Below are positions 1 to 7,178 of a DNA stretch of 49,909 nt, piece after piece. Within the stretch, counting starts at the first letter, position 1. Each line of letters starts with the position of its first letter. Where the stretch lies: NCBI GenBank assembly GCA_027346425.1, contig DAIESF010000079.1, forward strand, positions 1 to 49,909. Reading direction: 5' to 3'. Both the position numbers and the translations under genes were made by a program. The notes below the pieces were generated by a model, which saw only the letters and a program-made list of their open reading frames with translations, was not told where the DNA came from and made no database searches. Source of the stretch: Gemmatimonadota bacterium. GTDB lineage: Bacteria > Gemmatimonadota > Gemmatimonadetes > Gemmatimonadales > Gemmatimonadaceae.

Positions 1-2
1 TC

Positions 3-647
3 AACTGCTTCTACTGGTCGCTGGTCCATCTCCCGTTAGGTGACGCGACGCTCATCCAGTACACCAACCCCATCTTCGCGACGGTCCTGGCAGCGCTGTG
101 GGTGGGGGAGCGCGTGCGCACCGGCGAGATGTTGTGCCTGGCGGCGGCGATGGTCGGCGTGATCCTCATTACCCGCCCCGGCTTCCTGTTCGGGAGCGCG
201 GCGTCCACCTACGCGTCTCGCGACGTCGCGATCGCGCTCTTCGGGGCCGTGTGCAGCGGCGCCGCCTACGCCGCGGTGCGCAAGATGGGAACGAGCGAGC
301 ACCCCAGCGTCGTCGTCTTCTATCTCCCGCTCGTCACCTTCCCCATCGCCATCCCTTTCGCCACTTCAAACTGGCTATTGCCGACGTCCGCCGAATGGCT
401 CCTCCTGCTTGGCGTCGGGGCGGCCACCCAGTTGGCACAGGTCTTCATGACGCGGGGGCTGCAGGCGGAGACGGCGGTGCGCGCCACCACCACCGGTTAC
501 CTGCAGATCGTCTTCGCCGGCGCGTGGGGGGCGCTGCTGCTGGGAGAGCGCCCATCGCCGTGGACGCTCGCCGGGGCCTCGGTCATCGTCGGGAGTGCCC
601 TCGTCCTGGCCTTCGGGAAGAGCCGCGCGGGGGTGGGCGACGAGTAG
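3..647 (+). CDS. EamA/DMT-family permease, C-terminal portion (5' end outside the window)
   Basis: The frame of ORF 102..647 stays open back to base 3 (..YWSLVHLPLGDATLIQYTNPIFATVLAALWVGER..). It is followed by several hydrophobic helices typical of an EamA repeat. High GC3. Confidence 0.7.
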   Translation, partial: NCFYWSLVHLPLGDATLIQYTNPIFATVLAALWVGERVRTGEMLCLAAAMVGVILITRPGFLFGSAASTYASRDVAIALFGAVCSGAAYAAVRKMGTSEHPSVVVFYLPLVTFPIAIPFATSNWLLPTSAEWLLLLGVGAATQLAQVFMTRGLQAETAVRATTTGYLQIVFAGAWGALLLGERPSPWTLAGASVIVGSALVLAFGKSRAGVGDE

Positions 648-688
648 TAACGCCGGGGTGGCTCGCAGGGGCTTAGTGGTATCTGCGC

Positions 689-1468
689 CTACATGTGCCA
701 GCGCGCCGTGTAAGCCGAGCAGGTGCGCTGGATCATCGTCTCGTATTCCACATCTACGTCCACACCGAGTTCGTTCGGCCGTGGTAGCACGGGCGGATGG
801 ACATTGTCGATGTATACAGGAACGAGCACGACGGAATCGTAGGCCACGAGGTGCGTCTGAGCACTTCCACGAATCGGAAGCGATCGGAAGATCTGGAGTG
901 TCTTGCCCGGAGCCGAGCCGCTGTTCTCGCTGATCGCGAAGGAGAAGTCGGTGAGGAGTGATTCGTCTCCGGACGACAGTCGCGGCAGGACGTCGCGTTC
1001 AAATTCGACTTCCTTGTCCCGGTAGAACTTGTGCACCTGATCCGGGATGTTGAGAACCCGCTGAGCCGTGCCGATCAGCACAGTTGCGATGAGCAGTGCC
1101 TCAGGCCTCACACCTTGCACGGCAGCGACGACTTTCTTGAGGTCATCGAAGCGATTGGTCGCGTTGCGATGTGCCGTGATGACCGACTTGTTCTCGACTG
1201 CGATGCGCACCTTCGCAACGTCGGGTCTTCCCTCGGAGTCGGGTTCGCCTACGAACAGGTCTACTTTGCGTTCCCGATCGCCAGGCGAGGAAACGTTCTT
1301 CCATACGTGCACCACGCCGGTTTCGAGGTCCTGTCGAATAGCTGGGCATCGCTCCCGCAGATCCTTGAGGATGCCTTCACTTACGATGTCGGAGTGAGTC
1401 TCCAGCCGGTGGTTGTGGTATCTTGCTCGCGCGATGAACTCGATCGCGTCATCGAAGGGAGTCTTCAT
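689..1468 (-). CDS. Putative type II restriction endonuclease (PD-(D/E)xK-like), partner of the adjacent methyltransferase
   Basis: 259-aa ORF whose ATG overlaps the methyltransferase stop (ATGA at 1465-1468). Candidate catalytic pattern D-x22-E-N-K in 'KVDLFVGEPD...VRIAVENKSV'. No other family recognised. Lower G+C than neighbours (35/60 on two sampled lines). Confidence 0.55.
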   Translation of the reverse strand: MKTPFDDAIEFIARARYHNHRLETHSDIVSEGILKDLRERCPAIRQDLETGVVHVWKNVSSPGDRERKVDLFVGEPDSEGRPDVAKVRIAVENKSVITAHRNATNRFDDLKKVVAAVQGVRPEALLIATVLIGTAQRVLNIPDQVHKFYRDKEVEFERDVLPRLSSGDESLLTDFSFAISENSGSAPGKTLQIFRSLPIRGSAQTHLVAYDSVVLVPVYIDNVHPPVLPRPNELGVDVDVEYETMIQRTCSAYTARWHM

Positions 1469-3000
1469 GCGCAGCTCACCGCCGAGCCGGCCAAGTCCTC
1501 AACGTCGACGTGAGATGGTGGCACGAACTCGCTCGGGAGCGGTAGCCGCTTCAGCACCTGACTCTGTAGTCGAAGGAATCCCCCTGCGGCGCGCTGGCAG
1601 TTCCTTGCCATCCACACGCGAGCCTCGCGAGAGTTAAGGTACGAGGCCAGCGACACCAGGTGGTCCGGGACTGTCGGCACGATGTAATAGACGGAGTGGC
1701 GCGGTACGATCGATCCGCGCCAGTCGACAAAAAAGTGCGGGGATGCCGTTATGTCCTTACAGAGGAGCTTGGGCCTCAAGATCTCAGACAGCGCGCAGCT
1801 GTCGTGAAATGCATACCAGGGCTTTCGAGCGTTGCACGTGCGCGCCTCGAGGCGCGCACGACGGTGCGGCACGCCGAGGTACGATCCGAGCGCGCTCAGC
1901 GCGTGCTCGGGAAGCAGCTGACCGGTCGCGTCGTATGGTACCAGCATCCTCGACCGGGTCTTCTCGATCATTGAGTCGGATAGCTCCCGACCCGAGATCG
2001 TAGGGTGCGCGAGTGCGGCGATGTCCTTGGGCACCTCCTCCGAGCGAACCACGAAGATCGAGTCCGCGCCAGTCGCGACTCCGCAACTCACTCGCCGGGC
2101 AACATCAGCTAATCGCACGCCAACATGCTCCCCTCCGTCGTCGTCGAGAAGTGGAAGCCATGAGTTCGCGGTGTGAAGCGATGCGGATCGGAGACTCCCG
2201 TTTCGTGCGCGCACCGTCGTGCGCTCGGTCGACGCGCCCGCTCGCACGGTGGTGACCAGAGGATAGGTGACCAGTTCCCCGAAGGTCGCCTCGTCGAGGA
2301 AGTGCAGCTCCTCGATGTGGTACTTGCTGAGGAGGTCGCGCAGCGCACGCGCGGTCTCGACGTAGAGGAACTTCTCGGGAGTGATGAACACGAGCCGACC
2401 CCGCGCGCGCAACATACGCAGCGCCTGCTCGAAGAACAGCAGGTACAGGTCGAACCGACCGCGCGCAGTCACGAACGCGCCTCGGTACTCCCCGCGTTCC
2501 TCCAGGCTCAGCTGTCCGATCGAAACGTAGGGCGGATTCCCGATGATGTAGTCGTACTCTTCGACTAACGACCGGAGGAAGTCGTCGTGCCGGATCTCAA
2601 CGAAGTCGAGCCCGGCGAACCGCCGGGCGGACGTCTCGGCACGAATCGGATCCAGTTCAACGCCAACGATTCGCGGTGGTCTCCATCCACGGGCGTCGCA
2701 GTAGCGAAGGACTCCTTCGATGAAGACCCCTTCCCCGCATCCTGGGTCCAGCAGGGAGCTGGACGGGTGGGGGGGGGTCTGGCCGAAGAGCTTCGCAACC
2801 ATCAGGTCGACAGTTGTCGCGGGAGTCGGGACGAAGCCTTTCACGACGATCGCCGCCGGAGTGAGGAATGAGGCAGTGATGCCAGTAGCCGAACGGAGCC
2901 CGAAATATCTCCTCTCGGCAATTCGAAGCGCAATCGACACCGTCCCATGAGGCTCGCTGCCGCCTGCGGACCGAGGAATGAAATCTCGGAGAGACTCCAC
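1465..3000 (-). CDS. N6-adenine DNA methyltransferase, gamma class (Eco57I/TaqI-like) with C-terminal target-recognition region
   Basis: AdoMet motif I 'LLDPGCGEGVF' lies upstream of catalytic motif IV 'IIGNPPYV', the gamma-class order. About 250 aa follow as a C-terminal region. The first codon is GTG (2998-3000), only 4 nt after the stop of the upstream M20 gene, so the exact start is uncertain. Confidence 0.85.
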   Translation of the reverse strand: MESLRDFIPRSAGGSEPHGTVSIALRIAERRYFGLRSATGITASFLTPAAIVVKGFVPTPATTVDLMVAKLFGQTPPHPSSSLLDPGCGEGVFIEGVLRYCDARGWRPPRIVGVELDPIRAETSARRFAGLDFVEIRHDDFLRSLVEEYDYIIGNPPYVSIGQLSLEERGEYRGAFVTARGRFDLYLLFFEQALRMLRARGRLVFITPEKFLYVETARALRDLLSKYHIEELHFLDEATFGELVTYPLVTTVRAGASTERTTVRARNGSLRSASLHTANSWLPLLDDDGGEHVGVRLADVARRVSCGVATGADSIFVVRSEEVPKDIAALAHPTISGRELSDSMIEKTRSRMLVPYDATGQLLPEHALSALGSYLGVPHRRARLEARTCNARKPWYAFHDSCALSEILRPKLLCKDITASPHFFVDWRGSIVPRHSVYYIVPTVPDHLVSLASYLNSREARVWMARNCQRAAGGFLRLQSQVLKRLPLPSEFVPPSHVDVEDLAGSAVSCA

Positions 3001-3004
3001 CTCA

Positions 3005-4621
3005 TCAGGGGACGACCGGCGCCCACTCCTTCCCCAGCCGGCTCATCAACCCCGCGTACAGCTCGATCGCATTCCACAGATTCTGCACCCGCAGGTTTTC
3101 GTTGGCGGCGTGCTGGTTGTTGTCGTAGTTGGCGATCGGCAGCGTGACCACGGGGACGCCCATCACCTCGGTGAAGAGGTAGCTCGGTCCGCTCCCGCCC
3201 AGCGTCGGAACCAGGAGCGGCGCCTTCTCGGCGCCGTCACTGATCGACGACACCAAAGCCCGCGCGAAGGCGTCGTCCATGCGGGCGCGCTGCGCGGGGT
3301 AGCCGCTCTCCCACTGCAGGCGCACGATGCGCGGGTACTTGAGCCGGTCGCCCAGCGACGGCGTATCGCTCACAATGTGCCACCCCTTGGTGCGCAGGTG
3401 GTGCTCCACGAGTTCACGCACCCGTTCGGGCGTCTGGTTGGGCACCAGCCGGAAGTCGATGGAGGCGTATGCCTCGGTCGAGATGGTGTTCGACCCCAGC
3501 TCCTGTACCCCGCCCACCCGGATCCCCCGGAGGTTGAGCGCGGGACGCATGATGCGCTCGGCCAGCAGGGCGTTGTTCCCCTCCGTGCGCGCCAGCCCTA
3601 ACGAGTGGCGAAGCGACGAGTCGACGGCCGGGAGCCCGGCGATCGCCCGGCGCTCGGCCGCCGAGATGGGGCGCACGTCGTTGTAGAAATTGGGGATGAG
3701 AATCTCGCCGTCGTCGTTGCGCAGGCTCGCCACGAGGTGCGTGAGGAGCATCCCCGGATTCGGGGCCCAGTTGCCGTAGTGCCCGCTGTGCAACGGGCGG
3801 TTGGGGCCGAACACCGTGAGTTCCAGCCCCGTCACGCCGCGCAACCCGAAGACGACCTGCTGCGCCCCGCTCTGATGCACCGGCCCGTCGCAGAAGAGCC
3901 AGGCGTCGCCCTTGAGGAGCGCCTTGTATTTCTCGAGGATCGACTTGAGGTGCCCGGAGCGCGCCTCCTCCTCGCCCTCGAAGAAGAACTTGATGTTGAG
4001 CGACGGGGCGGCGCCGCGCGACTTGAGCGCATCGAGCGCGGTGAGCATGGCGACAATCGATCCCTTGTCGTCGCTTGCCGAGCGCGCGTAGACGCGTGCC
4101 TCGCCGTCGACGCGTTGACCATCGGCCGGGAACGCGATGTCGCGCCCTCCCTGGTAGAGCGCCTTGTCGCGCAGCACCGGGGTGAAGGGTCCTCCGCCGG
4201 TCCACTGCTTCGGGTCGACCGGCTGCCCGTCGTAGTGCGCGTAGAGAACGATCGTGCGCGTTGCCCCGGGGACGGCCAGCTCACCGTACACCGACGGCGG
4301 CCCCCCGGCAACCTCGAGCAGTTGCGTCGTCGCCCCGCGCCGGCGCAGCATCTCCATCAGCGCTGCAGCGTTGCGCCGAATGTTGACACTGTCGCTCGCC
4401 ACGTTAGGCAGCGACAGGAGCGCGGTGTACTCGCGCAGGATCGCCGCCTCGTTCGCCTCGCGATAGCTGCGCGCCGCCTCGCGCGCCCCCCGCCCGCCGA
4501 GGTCCTGTGCGCGCGCAGGCATGGCCAGCGTCGCGATGCCCGCCAGCACCAACACGGCGCCGCGCGCCCCCCACATCTTCATGCTCGTCCAGTCCCGCAT
4601 GTGCATCTCCTCATGTGACAA
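3005..4621 (-). CDS. Secreted M20-family metallopeptidase (dipeptidase/carboxypeptidase-like)
   Basis: Signal peptide 'GAVLVLAGIATLAMPARAQ'. M20 motifs 'VLYAHYDGQPVD', 'RSASDDKGSIVA' and 'FFFEGEEEARSGH'. The start may be a downstream Met (e.g. 4582). Confidence 0.85.
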   Translation of the reverse strand: MSHEEMHMRDWTSMKMWGARGAVLVLAGIATLAMPARAQDLGGRGAREAARSYREANEAAILREYTALLSLPNVASDSVNIRRNAAALMEMLRRRGATTQLLEVAGGPPSVYGELAVPGATRTIVLYAHYDGQPVDPKQWTGGGPFTPVLRDKALYQGGRDIAFPADGQRVDGEARVYARSASDDKGSIVAMLTALDALKSRGAAPSLNIKFFFEGEEEARSGHLKSILEKYKALLKGDAWLFCDGPVHQSGAQQVVFGLRGVTGLELTVFGPNRPLHSGHYGNWAPNPGMLLTHLVASLRNDDGEILIPNFYNDVRPISAAERRAIAGLPAVDSSLRHSLGLARTEGNNALLAERIMRPALNLRGIRVGGVQELGSNTISTEAYASIDFRLVPNQTPERVRELVEHHLRTKGWHIVSDTPSLGDRLKYPRIVRLQWESGYPAQRARMDDAFARALVSSISDGAEKAPLLVPTLGGSGPSYLFTEVMGVPVVTLPIANYDNNQHAANENLRVQNLWNAIELYAGLMSRLGKEWAPVVP

Positions 4622-4628
4622 TGAAACA

Positions 4629-4654
4629 GGCCGCCCGAAGCTGTCCGGGCGGCC
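4629..4654 (-). terminator. Candidate intrinsic terminator after the DUF4097 gene
   Basis: Stem GGCCGCCCG / CGGGCGGCC (9 bp) with an 8-nt loop, followed on the minus strand by TGTTTCAT. Lies 40 nt after the stop at 4694. Confidence 0.5.
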
Positions 4655-4693
4655 CGCATGAAGGAAGGGGCGCGGGTGCTCCGCGCGCGAGAC

Positions 4694-5641
4694 TTACGCC
4701 TTCTTCCTGATCTCCATCTCGCCGTTACCGGTGTGCATCCGGAGCAGGCGCCCCCCGTTCCCGATCGTCCCGCGCAGTCGCGACGGCGTCAGGCGTCCCT
4801 TGATGGTGATCGGGAAGTCGGTCGAGACGCGGCCATTCCCGGAGTTGGCTTCGACCTCGGCCGAGAAGTCGGAGGGGACCACGACTTCGATGCGCCCGTT
4901 GCCGGAGGAGAACTCGAGGTCGTCGTTCCCCGTCAGGCGATCCATCGAGACGCGAATGTCGCCGTTCCCCGACGATGCGTTCACCGGGCCGTTCACCGTC
5001 CCGATCGTCACGTCGCCGTTGCCGGAGCGGGCCCGCACGGGGCCGCTGGCACCGTCGACCGACACCTCGCCGTTGCCTGACGAGGCCTCGACGCGCCCAT
5101 TCACCCCGGTCACCTTCACGCGCCCGTTGCCGCTGGTGACTCGCGCCTCGGCGAGCGCCGCCGTCACGGCGACGTCGCCATTCCCGCTCGACGTACGCAG
5201 CCTGGTCCCACGCGGGAGCGTGACGGTGATCGCGAGCTTGATCGACCGGTCGCGCCCCCAGTTCCAGCGCTTCCCCGTTTCCCGGTGGATGCCGTCGGTG
5301 TCGCACTCGTCCGACTCCGACATCACGGCGCAGATCGTCACCCCGTCACTTCCACGGAGCACCACGAAGCCGATGTCCTCCAGCTTCCCGCGGCGAACGT
5401 CCTTCTCGGCGCGGAACTCGACCGTGTTCCCCGTCCCCTCGGTGATCGTGATGTCGCCGATGCTGGCGTAGATGTTGACCGCCCCTCCGCTGGCGACGCG
5501 CTCGGTGGCGGAGAAGGTGCGCTCGCTCTGCCCCTGGAGCTGCTGGGCGAGGAGCGTTGCGGGGGTGCCGGCGAGGAGTGCGGCGGCGAACGTGGATACC
5601 GAGAGAGTGCGGCGCATGGCGTGAGGGAAAGGTGTCGCCAA
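4694..5641 (-). CDS. DUF4097 (toast-rack/putative adhesin) repeat protein, exported
   Basis: N-terminal signal 'TFAAALLAGTPATLLAQQ'. Many repeats of 'SGNG(D/E/R)(V/I)' beta-strand units, typical of DUF4097. Confidence 0.75.
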   Translation of the reverse strand: MATPFPHAMRRTLSVSTFAAALLAGTPATLLAQQLQGQSERTFSATERVASGGAVNIYASIGDITITEGTGNTVEFRAEKDVRRGKLEDIGFVVLRGSDGVTICAVMSESDECDTDGIHRETGKRWNWGRDRSIKLAITVTLPRGTRLRTSSGNGDVAVTAALAEARVTSGNGRVKVTGVNGRVEASSGNGEVSVDGASGPVRARSGNGDVTIGTVNGPVNASSGNGDIRVSMDRLTGNDDLEFSSGNGRIEVVVPSDFSAEVEANSGNGRVSTDFPITIKGRLTPSRLRGTIGNGGRLLRMHTGNGEMEIRKKA

Positions 5642-5702
5642 GTGGGACAGCGCCGTCCCCCGAACGGTTTATAGGCGCGGTGCAGCGATCCGGGGGCAAG
5701 GG

Positions 5703-5738
5703 AAAACGCCGGGTGGCCCTCTGAGGCCACCCGGCGTT
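5703..5738 (-). terminator. Candidate intrinsic terminator after hsp20
   Basis: 14-bp stem AACGCCGGGTGGCC / GGCCACCCGGCGTT with a 6-nt loop. The minus strand continues with a T4 run (GGCGTTTTCC). Lies 34 nt after the stop at 5772. Confidence 0.65.
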
Positions 5739-5771
5739 CTTCTCCCAGCACCGTAACCGGCTCCTACCCGG

Positions 5772-6254
5772 TTATCCGGCGACCTGCTTGGTGTCGGTTG
5801 GCGTCGTGATCTGGATCTTCCGCGGCTTGGCCGCCTCGGTCTTGGGGATGCGGACCGTCAGCACACCGGCGTCGAAGGTGGCGCTGATGTTGTCGCCGGC
5901 CACGTGCTGCGGGAAGCGAAGCGACCGGGTGAAGGTCCCCCAGTCACGCTCGGCGAAGAAGACTCGGAGCTCCCCCTTCTCGGGGGCGACGATCCCGCGC
6001 TCGCGCGCACCGCGGATCGACAGGGTGTTCTTCTCGAAGTTGATCTCCACCTGTGCCGGGTTGACCCCCGGGAGGTCGAGCTGGACGACGTACTCGCCCT
6101 CGGTCTCCCAGGCGTCGAGTTCCGGGACCCAGGCAGGTTGGGCGGCCGTCTTGCCGAGGGGTTCAGGGGCACCGTTGACGAAGGCCTGATCCATCGCCCG
6201 GCTGAGCGTGACCATGCGATCGAGCATCGTGTTGAGGGGCGTCATGGTAACCAT
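5772..6254 (-). CDS. Hsp20/alpha-crystallin small heat-shock protein
   Basis: Alpha-crystallin domain 'PELDAWETEGEYVVQLDLPGVNPAQVEINFEKNTLSIRGARE...FTRSLRFPQHV...ATFDAGVLTVRIPK'. Start moved to the ATG at 6254, which is preceded by GGAGGA at 6-nt spacing. Confidence 0.9.
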   Translation of the reverse strand: MVTMTPLNTMLDRMVTLSRAMDQAFVNGAPEPLGKTAAQPAWVPELDAWETEGEYVVQLDLPGVNPAQVEINFEKNTLSIRGARERGIVAPEKGELRVFFAERDWGTFTRSLRFPQHVAGDNISATFDAGVLTVRIPKTEAAKPRKIQITTPTDTKQVAG

Positions 6255-6452
6255 ACGAATTCCTCCGAAAGGGATTGGGGAGATGCGAGAGGGACTCGCG
6301 CTGCCCATCCAGAGGCATCCCATGTGCCGCCGTAAGTTGGTCAATTTGAACGAGTTAGGAGCGTACAGGCTGCAAGACTGACAGCACCTGTGCCACCGTG
6401 ACACGCCGAGTGCCCGGCCCCCCGGCGCCCCCGATGCGCCGACTCACTTCGC

Positions 6453-7178
6453 TCAGAACGTGACGCTCTGCTCCTTCGCGTCCTCGCGGACGAAGTACAG
6501 CGAGTAACGCTTTTCCCCGGGCATCTTCAACATCGTGACGATGTTCTTCTGGTCGGTGAAGTGCTCGAACATGAGCCCCACGCGCAGCGACAGCGTGGTG
6601 ATCGGGGCCGGGGCGGTGAGTTCGACCAGGTACCACCACATCTCCTGGTCGGTCACGTCCATGTCCTTTCCGGACTGGATTACGCGTCCCACGAGGCGAC
6701 GCCCGTTGGCGGTGACCGGGACCTGGGCGTTGAAGTACGCGGCGAACGCGGAGTCGGCGGCTGGGGAGGTGACGACCTTGAGCGCGGGATTGCGCGCGTA
6801 CACCTGCAACGCCTTCTCGAGGTCGTCGTGGAAGAGGCGGACGCGGAAGATCACGCTCGCCCCATCCACGACGACACGTGAATAGGTGAGGTGCACGTCG
6901 TGTAGCGGAGTGTTGGAGGCCACGACGGGGCGCGTGTGAGCTGCCGAGGCGGGGGGGAGCGCCTGTGCCCGTGCCGGGGAGAGGAGGGCGATGCCCAGCA
7001 GGAGGGCGATGCCCAGCAGTAGTCGCCCCACGGCGGCCGCGCGCCCGAGTGCCGCCGCGCGGTGCGGCGCGCTAGGATAGACCGCGAAAGAGTGGTCGTG
7101 GCTGTTCACGTCAGGACGAATGGAAGACAGTGAGACGATACCCCGTGGCGAAAGATAGGTTGTCCGATCGCTGCTCAT
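6453..7178 (-). CDS. Exported hypothetical protein, DUF6702-like
   Basis: Signal-like 'LLLGIALLLGIALLSPARAQA', then 'HDVHLTYSRVVVDGASVIFRVRLFHDDLEKAL', which resembles the DUF6702 N-terminus as I remember it. The start is uncertain (GTG at 7109 is possible) and the ORF start overlaps the divergent receptor ORF. Confidence 0.55.
   Translation of the reverse strand: MSSDRTTYLSPRGIVSLSSIRPDVNSHDHSFAVYPSAPHRAAALGRAAAVGRLLLGIALLLGIALLSPARAQALPPASAAHTRPVVASNTPLHDVHLTYSRVVVDGASVIFRVRLFHDDLEKALQVYARNPALKVVTSPAADSAFAAYFNAQVPVTANGRRLVGRVIQSGKDMDVTDQEMWWYLVELTAPAPITTLSLRVGLMFEHFTDQKNIVTMLKMPGEKRYSLYFVREDAKEQSVTF
6982..7017. repeat. Perfect 18-bp tandem duplication inside the signal-peptide coding region
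   Basis: AGGAGGGCGATGCCCAGC occurs twice back to back (6982-6999 and 7000-7017). It encodes LLGIAL twice on the minus strand. Confidence 0.9.

Noticed and set aside
1465-3000. A link between the methyltransferase and the GAAGAC / GAAGA motifs reiterated in the octamer arrays
   Set aside because: This is pure coincidence-level speculation. The enzyme's specificity cannot be read from the sequence, and nothing ties it to the arrays.
640-3010. Mobile-element boundaries (direct repeats, integrase, tRNA target) around the R-M cassette
   Set aside because: No flanking direct or inverted repeats, integrase or transposase are visible. Only the G+C drop supports foreign origin.
6330-6400. Sigma-32-type heat-shock promoter upstream of hsp20 in the relatively AT-rich patch
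   Set aside because: TTGACC and CTTGCA hexamers are present. No partner -10 element (CCCCAT-like or TATAAT-like) sits at proper spacing, so no promoter is called.
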